NCBI RefSeq assembly: GCF_021869535.1
Contig: NW_026262582.1
Span: forward strand, 61,318,001 to 61,382,000
From: Mytilus californianus
Taxonomy: Eukaryota
Direction: 5' to 3'
DNA length: 64,000 bases
The position numbers and the translations under genes are program-made. Below, in pieces: positions 14,635 to 28,890 of the stretch. Under the pieces are notes generated by a model. The model was not told the DNA's origin and did not search any database. It saw only the letters and a list, made by a program, of their open reading frames with translations. The first letter of the stretch is position 1; each line of letters begins with the position of its first letter.

Positions 14635-16930
14635 CATTTTTTACTATTAATCTTCCAGTGTTCGTTTGTTTACTTTTTGTCATCACGGTTTTCCCCTCGC
14701 ACTTGCTCTGTGTGGCGACCGAAGTTCTAACGAGAGGTCTCGTAGTTGATGTCACTGCATACGGAAAAGTATCGGCAAATTAGAGTACGGGAGGACAATA
14801 ATTCAATAGCAGTTCATTTATGAAGATTTTGATAATATAATGGATTTTCTGTTACAAGAAATTTCACATACACTTGTTTTAAAGTAAAACTTAGCCATTC
14901 AAGTATATAAGACATATTCGGCTTCCTTTTTAGATTTGAAGCTTCATGTGACCTTTACTAACTCTACATGCTCTTAAAAAAGGAAATACACGAAAATAAT
15001 AATAAAAATGATTACGTGTATCAATGCATGTATTTTCTCTAAATCGTGAAAGTTGTGAAATGTTCTGTTACAAATTAATAATATCCTTTGATTCTATTTT
15101 AACTGAAATACAAGCAAACTGGAAATCTTTTTTGCTTTATTTATGTCATTGATACCGAAAACAATAACAGACAAGCGAAAGATACCAAAGGGATATTCAA
15201 ACTCATAAGTCGCAAAAAACTGACAATGTTATGATTTAAAGAGAAAAAAGACGAAAATACAAATAAAAGCATACAAAACACAACATTGAAAACCAAAGAC
15301 TGAGAAACACGAACCCCACCAAACACCGAAGGTGATCTCAGCTAGGTGCTTCGGATTTAGTGACTGGTCAATTAAAGTCGAACGGGTAAGATCGTGAGAA
15401 AGTACGTACGTCGTATCCATCTGTTTGCTTCATGAACTTAATTATTAAATATATGTTCACAGGTTAAAAAGACAAAACCAAATCACCCACTATGAACGAT
15501 TTCTAATGAGGGTTATGTAGACGAAGCATGAGTATGGCAGTTGAATAATCATACTAGGAAAAAGATGAAAACAAGATATACAAAATATTTTTATGGAATT
15601 GTTTTGATATGATGAATTGTCCATCATTTATATTAAATGCATATCAAAACTATCAGTCAATGTGCCAATATCGAAATTGTATACTTTTCCCATCATCTCA
15701 AAAGGTATCAATAGTCAAAATATTTGAAAATTTATCAGTTGCGGAGACTAGTAACAATCAAATAGGCCTTTTCATTTAATATTAACAGTTTGCCACAGAA
15801 TACATCTAGTTTTCACCGAAACAGCATTAAAAAACTAATGCAAAGCAGATGCAGCTATATCCTCAAAATCAATTTGTTTATCAACTCAATCTTAAATCAA
15901 CGCTTTTCTGATTATCACTTACTATATGTATTATCAACGTATTAAAAAATAACGCAATAATATGTTATATTACAAATTAACACTTGGAAAGTTTAAAACA
16001 ATCTATAAGGGGATCACGTTTCATTTAAAGGGTACATTTATATCTTGTGAAAGTCTTGGAATAAATCTGTCCATTTATCAATTCAATCTTAATTCAAGGC
16101 TTATTTTATTATCAGTTTCTATAAGTATTGTCAAAGGTAAAAAAAAAAAGAGGAAAGGGAACAAAAAGTTAAATATCAAATTAACACTTGGGAAGTTTAA
16201 AACAATTTTAAAGGGGATCACGTTTGTTTGAAAGGGTACATTTATATCATATATATGTAGTAAATGGACGGTAATATTTTGTAAAAATCAAATTATCCCT
16301 TGTAAGGTACAAACTAGATTTCAAAGGAGGTCTAGTATGTTAAAAAGGGCACACTGATACTGATATAATTGCGAATGTGCTTTCAGTCAAGGATTATCGA
16401 AACAGTTGTAATCCCTAAAGGGCAGGAGATACTAAGTCAATGACCGTAGAAAGCCTTATTTGTGACGTAGATACTATGTTTCACGAGGCTTTTATTTGTG
16501 ATGTTAAGAAGATACTAGGCGTACTATATCGCAGGGAGACTCAAAATCCGAAGATGAAAGTGTGAAGAGCCCAATATAATCATTGCCAAAAACAAAAAAA
16601 AACAACCGAAACTGACGAAAAAACAAACAGTCCCAAGTGGTTAAGGGACATTTTATTATGTATCTATTGCTATCTTTTAATTATAATTAGAAATATATTT
16701 CTGTTTTTTGTTTTGTTTTTGTTTTTGTTTTTGTTTTCTATTTATTTATTGTTTTTTGTATGGATTTACTCTATGTATACCTTAAACATTGTATGTTTAA
16801 TTATTATGTTTCCTTTTCTGTACTTTTGTTTATTCATTTTAGAGAATAGCGTATCTACCTATATTTAAAGCACTGTATAAAACGAATGATTGGCGAGACG
16901 AAGCTATGAACACCGCGGTTGATTTTAAGT
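14635..16930. repeat. Third, more diverged copy of the about 2.3-kb module at 10240-12700 and 23150-25195
   Basis: Shared blocks such as gctctgtgtggcgaccgaagttctaacgagagg and ctaggtgcttcggatttag. Internal duplication of about 185 bp at 15972/16157. Confidence 0.8.
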
Positions 16931-17292
16931 GCTCTGGAATAAAACAATAAAGATTTCCCGTTTGCTTATAGTTAGGTTAAAATAGAATCAAACATATCTC
17001 TTTATGTGTAACAGAACATTCCACAAATTACACGATTAAGAAAAATACACGCTTTGAAACAAACATTTATTCTTAACCATTTTCATCTTGAAATGTAGAT
17101 ATAATGTTAAGTTAAAAAATCCGAAACGCTTACAATAAGGATATTGATTTTTGTATATAAAAATTCATTAAATGATATTTAAAAACATACAATAGTTGTC
17201 AAAATTCTATTTTCCATTGTATTTTGTGTGTTATGTCTAATATTAATATCTCAAATTGCAGTTTCCCAATAATATCATTAGCAAATATATTT

Positions 17293-20200
17293 AAAGAGTA
17301 AAATAACAAAAATACCAAACTCCAAAGAAAATTCAAAACGGAAAGTCTCTTCAAAGAGAGGTGAAAGATTCAAAAGGGACATCAAATTCGTAAGTCGAAA
17401 ATAAACTGACAACGCCATGGCTGAAAAAGAAAAAAGACCAACAGACAAGCATAAGTACACAAAACGCAACAAAGAAAACTAACGACTGAGCAGCACGAAC
17501 ACCACCAAAAATTGGGGGTGAACTCAGGTATTCTGGAAGAGTAAACAGATCCTACTCCACATGTGGCACCCGTCGTGTTGCATATTTTAGTACAAACCAG
17601 GTAATAAGATTAATTTGGTAGGTCACATTCGGGGAAAAGGGGACCGGATTGTAGTTACGACATTTGGAACATATCCGCTATCATCTGTGAAACGGATATT
17701 CCATAACGGTCAGTCAACTGGTGATGGCGTCCGTAAAATTTACGAAGGGATGATTTCAACTTCACCACTTGGAACTCTTGGTGTAGTTGCTTTCTTATGA
17801 GCAGCAACCATCTATCAAGGAAATCATGATAGGATATACAAGCTCTGGAATATCGTATCAACTGGGAGATATAAACTCCGTATGCAGGATCTGCTTAACA
17901 AATGGCAAAATCAAAAGCTCAAGCACAGCAAACGAATGGAAAACAACTGTCATATTCCTGACTTGGTACAGGCATTTTATTATCAAGAAAATGGCGCATT
18001 AAACCTAGTTTTAAAGCTAGCTAAACCTTTTATTTGTATGAAAGTCGCGCAAATTTCCATTATATTGACAACAATAAGTGAGCAAAATAAACAGACATAA
18101 TAGGTAAAAATGTAAAAAATTGGGCTACAGCAGTCAACATTGCGTTATAGTCTTAATCACTATAAAACAAACAACTATGTCAACAAGGAAAAACAAAATG
18201 GCATGTAGACACTCTATAGACAAAGCGCATATGAAAAAATGTAAGACAAGAATACAAAAAAGTTACCTTGTCACAATAACACAATGGCGGGATGTATAAG
18301 TTCGGAGCCACGCCAAAAGGATATTACCAAAAATAGACTAAACACTAAAGGTTTAAAATATGCAAAGACAAATAAAAAGAACACTGAAACGCGAAATTTA
18401 TGATACATGTAATAATTATTTCAAAATCAAAATCGTCTTGTTTGTCATAGATTCTTGTACTGAGATGACCGCTTATGTCAAATTCGAGTTATAAGTTATA
18501 AATATGTCAGAGGAAGCCGTATCTGTTGTTTCTTTAATTTCTAGTTCTGTATGATATATTAATGGAACCCAATCGAAAATGTTTTGTTTGTTAATGGAAA
18601 GAACGTCATCGATGTATCGGAATGTGAAATTAAATGATCTGGCTTCTTTAATCTTCTTGTTTTTGACAAGTGTCTGAAGGAACTCCGACTCATATGAAAA
18701 TAAGAAGAGGTCGGCAAGGAGAGGCAAGGAGAGGCGCACAGTTTGTTCCCATAGGAATGCCGACAATTTGTTGAAAAAGTCTACCTCTATCGAATATGTT
18801 GTCCATAAGAAACTCCAGCATACTGATCACTTGTTTCTCGATGGAGCATGTTTTCGTTTTTGTTTAATATTAACAAAATATGTCGAATAGTATCCCAAAG
18901 CAATAAGTTTATAGCGTTTGCTACCATTTTTATATTGAACATCATTGTGCATTATTTCTTTTAGGTGATTTTTCAATTTGACAAGGGGAATGGTGGCATA
19001 AAGGGATGAAAAGTGAAGGGTTTTGATAGCATTAATTTCAGAGAAAGATCGAGATTTAAAATTATCCAGAACTTTTATAGAGGTTTTTTTAGAATCCACA
19101 CATGGGTAATACAACTACACGAGTAAACTGTTTCACAGTATTTCTGAAGACCTCCTTTCACTGTGGACAGAATTTTTGTCAGTCTAATGGACAATCCCTT
19201 TGTAGAACATGCAGATGAGCCGGCAATGTACCGTTGTTTGTTTGGAATTTTGGGAAGCTTAGGTATCCAATACAAACAAGGTAAGTCCTCAGATTTGCTG
19301 TTCAATGTAATGTTCACTGAAGCTAAGAAGGACTTATGATTCGCCAAAATCTCATACTTGTCAAATGAAATGTGTTTGTGTGTGGGATTACCTGAGTGCT
19401 ATTTTTTCCTAATTCTTTTACAAGACACTCGTAGTAGTACGATTTATATACAAACACAATATTAATTGAAGCTTTGTCCGCAGGAACAACAACATATTTA
19501 TCGTGAAGAGATGATAGACATTTCAAAGCTTCTTTGTCTCTGAATACGGACTTTGGTTGATCATTTACACAGTTTTTCAACTTTTTGATTCGACGTTTTA
19601 TTAGACACCTGATAGCTTCAACCCATTCTGACAAAGTGTCCAGTTCTTCTCGTTCAGCCAATGCTCTGGTATACTCCTGAATGGAATCCATAATTATTTT
19701 GAACTTATGGTTCCAATTGATGTGTTGGTGTTCTCTGAATCATTATATATTACCTTTCAGAGATGTGCATGTTGAATTATGTTAAGATCCCCAATAATGA
19801 CATGGCCAGAGGTGCTATAAATATAGGGCGAGTTGGAATAGTCACATGTCAGATTTTTTTTTTAGGTATTCTTCTAAATCAAGGTCCTGCAATGCTTGCT
19901 TATAGCTAAATACTTTAGGTGCAATGGTTCTGGTGTAACTGTAGGATACAATAAGAATAGACTGATTTTGAAAATAAAGTTGAATTTTATATGTTATCTC
20001 TTTGCAATGAAGAACGTAACGTTGCTGATGTTGATACCATCGACTCCTTTATGAGAAAAATGAACTGGAAGGAATTTCCTATTTTACGTAATGGTTACGA
20101 TCTTACTGGTTTAAAAGACAAATTATACTGACATGCTGTATTTTGGAGAAAATGTATTTATGCAGCCCTTATCAAGTGCATAATCTCTCAAACATTTTAG

Positions 20201-21060
20201 AAAATTAACAGGCAGTGAAAAAAGAATAGTTCTAATGTAATGTAACCCTAGCGGATGATGAAGATGCGAAAGAAGGTCAACACAGCTTACAAAAGGCGAT
20301 CTAGATTTTGAAGACTTTTTACATTGGGTCGATGGTAATGTTTTTGTCCATGACTACGCCGGGTCTAGTAAGTATTGAATAAGCTCATTACATTTACCTC
20401 ACTGCAGGCTCCTAGTCCTTTGATGTTATCATTGCAACCATGTGGCATTGCAGTACCTAGATCCCTTATCCAGAAATATTTTCTATCTTTTCGGAAAGGA
20501 GTACTGAGTATAGTGATATTGGTGTGGTGATAAATTTTCTCGATGATGCGTACTTTCGTAGATAAAGAAGGATCATGGTCCGGTTGATTAAAATGGGTTA
20601 AAAGAAGCCTTAATTGCGGATCTTTATTATCAGACCGGTGTGTTGATCCACCTTTTTACACTAAGTCGGTCGAGTTGCACCAACATAAAGTATCCCACAC
20701 AAAGTACAAACCAGGGGCTCAAAAGATTTTGTATAATAAGTTTTTCCTGTTAAGTTACTAGTGAAATCTAGAGAGGTGATTGATATATTACATGTCTTAC
20801 ATGTGCTCCTCTTTCCTTTCTTAGGTTTACAAGTAGAAATGATTGGAGTTGCTTCACTTGTAGTGGATGTCTTTAAACAGTCGAAAATATAAACGGTAAA
20901 AGATTTAAAGTTTTGAAAAGTATCTGAATTTTTAAAGTATTAATTACATGAGTCAAATCAGGGGTATCCCGTGGGTTGTTCCGTGGAACACACAAATCAA
21001 ATGCTACATTGGTCCGTGTAGCAGAAGGCAATTAATAAAGATTGTTGTTTTTTTTTGTTG
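17293..21060 (-). mobile_element. Near-full-length decayed Naiad (family 2): GIY-YIG EN, CxC linker, RT, 3' UTR
   Basis: Contiguous minus-strand fragments: EN with YVG (about 20335-20900), PLGLHYIRTILFSLP, TCDY..SGHVIIGDL (mutated CxC, about 19850), YWIPKLPKIPNKQRYIAGS, PLLADLFLFSYE and FRYIDD. The 3' UTR ends at about 17293. There are many stops, frameshifts and internal deletions. Confidence 0.85.
17353..17895 (-). mobile_element. Naiad family 3 3' fragment nested in the 3' UTR of the family 2 element
   Basis: Encodes YISQLIRYSRACISYHDFLDR..KLKSSLRKFYGRHH and carries the same tail as 44300-44602. It interrupts the family 2 sequence ggaaagtc...caaatggcaaaatcaaaagc. Confidence 0.82.
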
Positions 21061-24000
21061 TTTTTTAAAATTAAAGAATATGTTTACATAGATCATGTAT
21101 ATTAGATAGGAAAAGATTGATTATTGTATTCAGAGTTGTTCTTATACCGGGATTATGACATTAATAGGTTTGCAATTGGTATGGAATCAAATGTAGTGTT
21201 GTATTTTTGAAATGCCTCTGTCTGATACACTGTAATTCAGAAACTGGTCTTGTGATGATGCACCAGTTATATGAACGTTTCATAAATCAAATTATATAAA
21301 CGGCTGCATCATAGTAAACAATAGTCATAACTGAAGCACAAGTATAACTGACGATTTTTATATATATATATGTGGAAAATAACTGTTATCGAGCGGAGAT
21401 GGTCGGCCACATTTTTTTCGTTTATTGTTGCTGTATAAATCAGGTCACTGATTTTCTCTTTCTAATTGTGTCACACTTGATATGACATACTGGGCACAAC
21501 ATAGTCTTTTTTATGGCTTACTATACGGTATCGGTTTTGTTCATTGATGAAGGCCTGACGGCGACCTGTAATTGTTTGCATACTATTCGTTTGGCGTTTA
21601 TGAATAGTTGCCTCATTGGTTATTAAACTATATCTCCTTGCCTGTATAGTGAATTCATTTGACTTTGGTCTGTAAAGGACAGTAGCATTGTGTATATTTC
21701 CAAAATACTGTTTTTTTACAGAGAAAGGGAGGCAACTCTAATTTACTACTTTTAGTGGTATCTTTTATGTCATGCACTTTAACACAATACGTTATATATA
21801 ATTCTCTATATATGACATTATGTAAGAGTAATCGATAACCACCGATCAAATTCATGACCGCAGGCAAGCACATACACTTGTGACAGAATTATATGATTGC
21901 AGAGATAACCTTAACGATCCTTTTCTAACAATCAGTGGAAGGACTAAATATTTAGTTTGAAAGGCAAAGTAAATATAAAAGAAGAAACATTGATTGTTCA
22001 AGTTTGGCAGTTTCTAAGAACATTAACTACAAGAAATAGAAAATTCTTATATTCAAAATGGTTTTTTTTACGGTGTAAAAAAAAGTTTTGCAGTTCATGA
22101 AAATAAACATCAAGATAAAATGTGTCATGAGGGAAACATTGCTAAAGATTTTCCACTGATGATACTTTGAGATTTCAGGAATTGTCTTTTGAGCACCATC
22201 AAAATCAAATAAAACTTTGAAATGCGTATACATAAAGATTAAATAAGTTGTTGTATTAGTCCATTGTCTATTCGATACGTTTGCTTTGTTTTTTTGTGTT
22301 TCATGTCCCATACAAGGAGTGATTGGAGTAACACATCTGGAGAGCCAAGTACACTTGTATGACTGGTGTGTTCCCATGTCGCCTTGAATTAATTATCCAA
22401 ACGAAATGTGTAAAAAGTATTTATTTTAGACAAAAACGCATTTATTTGTAGTATTGCTATTTTGATATTCATAACTTCAATAGTTAATCTATATTTGCTA
22501 CTTTATATTTATCACTACTGATAAAGACTTCATTTTAATAATAACCAGATGTCAACATATAGTTTATAACCATATCTGGAGATATTTTTTCTTTCTTTCT
22601 TTTTTTTGTAATGTGTTAACACGGTCGTCGTTTCCTTTAGCAAGAAATTGAGATTATATTTCACTCTGTCAATACATCATCCCACTTTAATTTTAAGATC
22701 TGGAGTAATTTTATTTTTTGTAAAAATAAAAGTTCAAATGGAAAATAAAAAAGAAAATATCCAGCTTTAAAGTCATTTGAAACGAGTTTCATGTAATTAT
22801 TATTTAATCGAAATTGTTGAACCAATGCATGAATATATACCAAGCTAAAATGCACGTTTATTTACATTAATTACGAATCTATAACGTATTACCGACAAAT
22901 GTTATTTCATTCAGTGATTGTTGATTGCAAGCTAATTATCTTTCATGTTTGCTGCCGACGTTTACCGGATCGTGACATTAATTAACAACAGAGAGCATGT
23001 GGAGCACATGAAAAATAAGTGAATGTCTATAGCCAAAAAAAATTGTTTTTATGTTTTCCACACTTTGCTATTTTGTGAATTAATTTTACTTTTTCTAAAC
23101 AGTTTTAAAATGATTTGGTGTATTTAATTTGTTCTTTAAAAATCAGTTGTCACTATTAACCTTCCAGTGTACGTTTGCTTACATTCTTTCATTACAGTTT
23201 TCCGGTCGCTCTTGCTCTGTGCGGCGACTGAAGTTCTAACGAGAGGCCTCGTTGTTGATGTCACTGCATACGGAAAAATCAGCGAATTAGAGTACGGGAG
23301 GACAATAATTCAATAGCAGTTCATTTATGAAGATTTTGATGATATAAATGATTTCCTTCTACAAGAAAGTTCCAGTTAACTTGTGTTTAACTTAAAATGT
23401 ACATTCAAGTATAAAAGACATATTCAACTTCTATTTTAGATTTGAAGTTTCATGTGACTTTTACTATCTTTTAATTAAAAAGATTAAAAAAACAAGAAAA
23501 TCGAAAATCATAATAAAAATGATTATATGTATCACTGCATGTTTTTTCTCTTAATCGTGTAAGCTGTGACATGTTCTGTTACAAGTATCCTTTCAACCTA
23601 TTTTAACTGAATGCTAGCAAACTGGAAATCTTTTTGTTTGATTTGTGTCATTGATACTGAAAAAAATAAAAGAGAAGCGAGAGATACCAAAGGGATATTC
23701 AAACTCATAAGTTGCAAAAAAACTGACAATGATATGGCAAAAAGCGAAAAACGACGAAGAGACAAAAAAGAGCACTCTAAAGACAACATAGAAAACTAAA
23801 GACTGAGAAACACGAGCACCACCAAGCACCGAGGGTTATCTCAGCTAGGTGCTTCGGATTTAGTAACTGGTCAATTAAAGTCGGACGGTTAAGATCGAGA
23901 GAAAGAACGTAAGTCGTATCCATATGTTTGCTTCATGAACTTGAATAAGAAATATATGTTCATAGATTAAAAAGAAAAAACCAAATCATAGTGTTATGAA

Positions 24001-27000
24001 CCATTTTTATGGGTGTTATGTAAACGAAGCATGATTTTGGCAGTTGCATAATCATACTAGGAAAGAGATGAAAAAATTATTTGCAAAATATCTTTTATGA
24101 AATTGTTTTGACATGACGAAATGTCCATCATTTATATTTAATGCATATCAAAACTATCAGTCAATATGCCAATATCGAAATTTTATACTTTTCCCATCAT
24201 CTCAAATTGAAATCAATAATCAAAATATTTGGATATTTGTTATTTGCGGAGATTAGTGACAATCACAAAAAGGCCTTTTCATTTAGTATTCACAGTATGT
24301 CACAAATACACCTAATGTTCAATGAATCAACATTCAAAAACTAATGCAAAGCAGATGAACCTATATCCTCAAAATCAGTTTATTTATCAATTCAATCTTA
24401 AATCAACGCTTTTCTAATTATCAGTTACTAAAAGTATTATCAACGGTATAAAAAATAGAGGAATAATATTTTATGGATCAAATTTACACTTGGGAAGTTT
24501 GAAACAATTTAAAAGGGTACATTTATATCTTATATATAACTTGTGACAGGACAGTATTATTTTGTAAAAACAAATTATCACTTGTAAGGTACAATCTAGA
24601 TTTTAAAGGAGGTCTAATATGTAAAGGGCACACCGATACTTATACAATCGTAAATGTGCTTTCAGTCAAAGATTTTCGAAACAGTTTGAATCCATAAAGA
24701 ATAGGAGACATTAAGTCACTGACCGTAGAAAGCCTTATTTGTGACGTAGATAGTATGTTCCACGAGTCTTTTATTTTTGTTACGTTAAGTAGATAAGAGG
24801 CGCAAAATATCCCAGGGAGACTCAAAATCCGAAGGTGGAAGTGTGAAGAGCCTAATAAAATCATTGCCAAATAAAACCGAAACTGACGAAAACACAAACA
24901 CTCCCAAGTGGTTAAAGGACATTTTATTATGTATCTATTTCTATCTTTTAATTTTTATTAAAATCATATTTCGGTTTTGTTTTTTGTTTGTTTGTTTGTT
25001 CTATTCATGTATTGTTTTTTGTATGAATTTATGTATACCTTAAACATTGTATGTTTAATTATTATGTTTCCTTCTCTGAACCTTTGTTTACTCATTATAG
25101 ATAATAAAGTATCTACCTATCTACAAAGCACTATATAAAAGAATGATTTGCAAAACGAACCCCATCAACACCGCTGTATCAGGTGCTCTGGAATTATAAG
25201 CTAGTTCTTGTAGGAATACAGGTTTGTGCAATTTTCACATCGTCCGCTTTATGCTAAAAACATAAAAATTAAAATCACAAAAATACTGACCTCCGAGGAA
25301 AATTAAAAACGGAAAGTCCCTAATCAAATGGCAAAATCAAAAGCTCAAACACATCAAACGAATGGACAATAACTGTCATATTCCTGACTTGGTACAGGCA
25401 TTTTCTTATGTATAAAATGGTGGATTAAACCTGGTTTTAAAGCTAGCTAAACCTCTCACTTGTATGACAGTCGCATAAAATTCCATTATATTGACAACGA
25501 TGTGTGAACAAAATAAACAGACATAATAGGTAAAAATGTCAAAAATAGGGGTACAGCAGTCAACATTGTGTTATAATCTTAATCACTATAAAAGCAAACA
25601 AATATGTAACAAAGAAGCACAAAAAGGCATATAGACAAAGCACATTAGCAAAAATGAAAAACAAGAATACAAAAAATTACCATGGCACAATAACACAATG
25701 ACGGGATGTATAAGTACAGAACCACGTCATATGTAACAAAGAAACACAAAAAGGATATAGACAAAGCATATTAGCAAAAATCGAAAATTATCATAGAACA
25801 ATAACACAATGACGGGATGCATAAGTACAGAGCCACGTCAAATGGATATCACCCAAAACAGACTAAACAGTAAAAGTAATATTCAAAAAGACAAATAAAA
25901 GAATACTATAACACGCTATTAAGAAAATAAACAACGTCAGTACCCAGAATCTATACTTCAAGACCATCGTGTATTATTTGTGAAGTTGATACGGAATATT
26001 TATCAACAAGGTCTTGGTAACTTCCGATGAACTTTTTTTAGAAAAAGGACGAGATGTTCTTTGACATACCCCTGGTTCATCAACTTTCTGCTGGTGACGT
26101 TTTACAAAGTCTGAGAAGGAGCTGCAAGCTCTTGAATACCGAATAAGTTGGGAAATGTATATCCAATATGCAGGTGAAGTTGGTATACTGCTACTAAGGT
26201 GGGGGAAATTGATAATTTCAAAATCAAAATCGTCTCGTTTGTCATAGATTCTGGTACTGAGATGACCGTGTATGTCAAATTCGAAGTATAAGTCTAAAAA
26301 TGAGGCGGAGGAAGCCGTGTCTGTTGTTTCTTAAATTTCTAGTTCTAGGGGATATATTAATGGAACCCAATCAGAAAAGTTTAGATTGTTAATGGAAAGA
26401 ACATCATCAATATATCTCACTAAATCTCGGTCTATTTCTGAAATTAATTCTCACAAAACTTTTGATTTTTTAACCCTGTATACCAACATTCCCCATGTGA
26501 AATTATAAAATTGTTTTGAATAAACATTGAACGACAAAATTTCTTCTTATGTGACGTTTACATTTTCTGACGTCAAACACGCGAAGCAATGAATGTGGTT
26601 TTTAATTTGATAGATGCTTTTGTGCTTTTTTGTAAATAATTGTTTGTTTTGATATTGTAACACAGTGATGACTGCTGTACCCATATTTTGACTATTTTAT
26701 TTATTATGTCTGTTTTGTTCACGCATCGTTGTAAATATAACGGAATTTGATGAGACTGTCGTACAAGTGAGAGGTTTAGCGCTATAAAACCAGATTCAAT
26801 CCACCATTTTCTACATTTGAAAATGCCTGTACCAAGTCAGGAATATGACAGTTGTTGTCTATTCGTTTGATGTGTTTTGTCATTTGATTTGGCAATGTGA
26901 TTAGGGACTTTCCGATTGAATTTTCCTCGGAGTTCAGTATTTTTGTAATTTTACTTTTTAATACATTTCTTGCGTCCGAAGAGCTTTTCTTACTTACCTT

Positions 27001-27385
27001 TATAAAACAAAAACGTTCAAACCTAAACATTTATTAGCCAAGGATTTATAAATACGTAGAAACGATAGGAGCTATATTCCAAAAAGAACCTACTAAAATT
27101 CACAGTTTTAATCTAAAATATTTTGTTTTGAGCGTTGTAATAAAAAAGATATGTTTATATTGTGTATCGCCAACCTGATTTCAGCGCTAATTACAATGCT
27201 GATAATTTTTTCTGTTCACAGAGTATATGTTCTCATATAACCAATCAAATTGCATGATTTTTTGATAAAACAAAAACGATTTCCCGTTTACTGATAGTTA
27301 TGTTAAAATAGAATCAAAGCATATTTCTTTATTTGTAACAGAACATTTCACAAATTACACGATACAAAAAAATACACGCTTTGAC
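20335..27385. repeat. Segmental duplication copy 2
   Basis: As for copy 1. It differs by an extra 537 bp at 26421-26957 and by lacking the internal partial repeat at about 10450-10850. Confidence 0.9.
25265..26957. mobile_element. Head-to-head Naiad family 2 composite: minus-strand 3' fragment (25265-26420) plus plus-strand fragment (26421-26957)
   Basis: The left part duplicates 12762-13930. The right part reads SISEINSHKTFDFLTLYTNIPH (RT motif A) on the plus strand and ends in the family 3' terminus cggagttcagtatttttgtaattttactttt. Confidence 0.8.
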
Positions 27386-28890
27386 ATGAAACTAGTCTTG
27401 AGATAATGCACCGATTATTTTAACCTTTTAAAAATTAAATTGTATAATTGGTTGTGTCATAGTGAACAACATTCATAACTGAAGCTCATGTATAACTGAC
27501 GGTTCTTTGTATATAATCGGAAAACTGTAATCCAGTGAAGTTGTTTGGTTGCTATCGGCCACATTTGTTTTCGTAAATTGTTGTAGTTTAAATCAGGTTT
27601 CTGATTTTTCTTTCTTATTTTTTCACATTTGATATGACATACTGGGATTTGTATAGCTTATTATACAGTATCGATTGTGTTCGTTGATGAAGGCCGGACG
27701 GCGACCTGTAATTGTTTACATACTTATTGGTTATCATGCTTTATCTCCTTATCTTTATAGTGAATATATTTGACTTTGGTTTGTAAATGACAGTATCATT
27801 GAACATGTTGAATTTATTTTCAAAATACGGTTATTTACATAGAAAGGGAGGCAACTCAAATTTACTTCTTTTAGTGGTATTGTTTCTGTCATGTTCTTTA
27901 TCACAATACGTTATATATACTTCTCTATATATGATATAATGTAAGAGGATTCGTTTATAACCGATCAGATGAATGGCAGCGAGCAAGCACATACAATTGT
28001 GGCAGAATTAAACGACCACAGAGCTTCCATCCTTTTATTACAATCAGTGGAAGGACTATACCTTTAGTTTGAGAGGCAAAGTAGATAATAAAGAAGAAAA
28101 ATTGATTGATTCATGCTTGACAGTAACTCCGAACATCAAATAGAAGAAAAAGAAAATTCACATATTGAAAATGTTTTATTTTACAGTGTAAAATAAAATG
28201 TAGTGTAAAATAAAATGTTGCCGTTCATGAAGGTTTACACAAAGTTAGAATGTGTAAACAGGAAAACGTTGCCCAAATTTTTCAACTACATATACTTTGA
28301 GATTTCAGGTACTGGCTTTTGAACACCATCAAAGTCAAATAAGTCTTAGTCTTGCATTAGTCAATTGTCTATTTGATTCTTTTGATTCGTTTTTCGTGAT
28401 TCATTTCCCCTACTACATGTACTAGGAACGATTGGAGTAACACATCTTTAGACCCAAGTACACTTGTACGAATGCTGTGTTTCCATGTCATGTCGCCTTT
28501 AATTCATTTTCCACATAAATATGCGTAAAAAGTAATTATGTAAGACACATTTATTTCGACAAGTACAACTTGTTTGTGGTATTGGTAGTTAATCTATATA
28601 AGCAGCTTGATATTTACCACTACAATGTCTACATATCTGGAGAAAATTATTATTTTTATCTTTTTTTTTTGTAACGTGTTAACACGTTCTTCGCTTCATT
28701 TAGCAAGAAAATGAGACTAAAGTTAATATTGTTAACACATCCGACTTTAATTTTGAGATCTAAAGTAAAAAATAATCTATGTGAAATAAAATGTTTAAAT
28801 CGAAAATAGTAGAGAACAATTCCAGCTTTAACTTTCTCTATTGAATGGGAATAAAAAATAGTAATATCAAAATGAATAATGCATTCTATT
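27385..28890 (+). repeat. Diverged copy of the module at 8330-9920 and 21240-22820; a partial fourth copy lies at 1-330
   Basis: Colinear motifs gataatgcacc, gaaagggaggcaactc, caatcagtggaaggacta and ccaagtacacttgta. Confidence 0.78.

Noticed and set aside
19757-19759. In-frame TGA as selenocysteine (described for some clam and spider Naiads)
   Set aside because: It falls at a likely Arg position (CGA to TGA CpG decay). Conserved cysteines use TGT/TGC, and the element has TAA/TAG stops and frameshifts.
20950-21020. HDV-like ribozyme at the Naiad 5' end (two GC hairpins)
   Set aside because: I could not build P1/P2 pseudoknot pairings. The segment reads as N-terminal coding sequence (VPRNNPRDTPDLTH).
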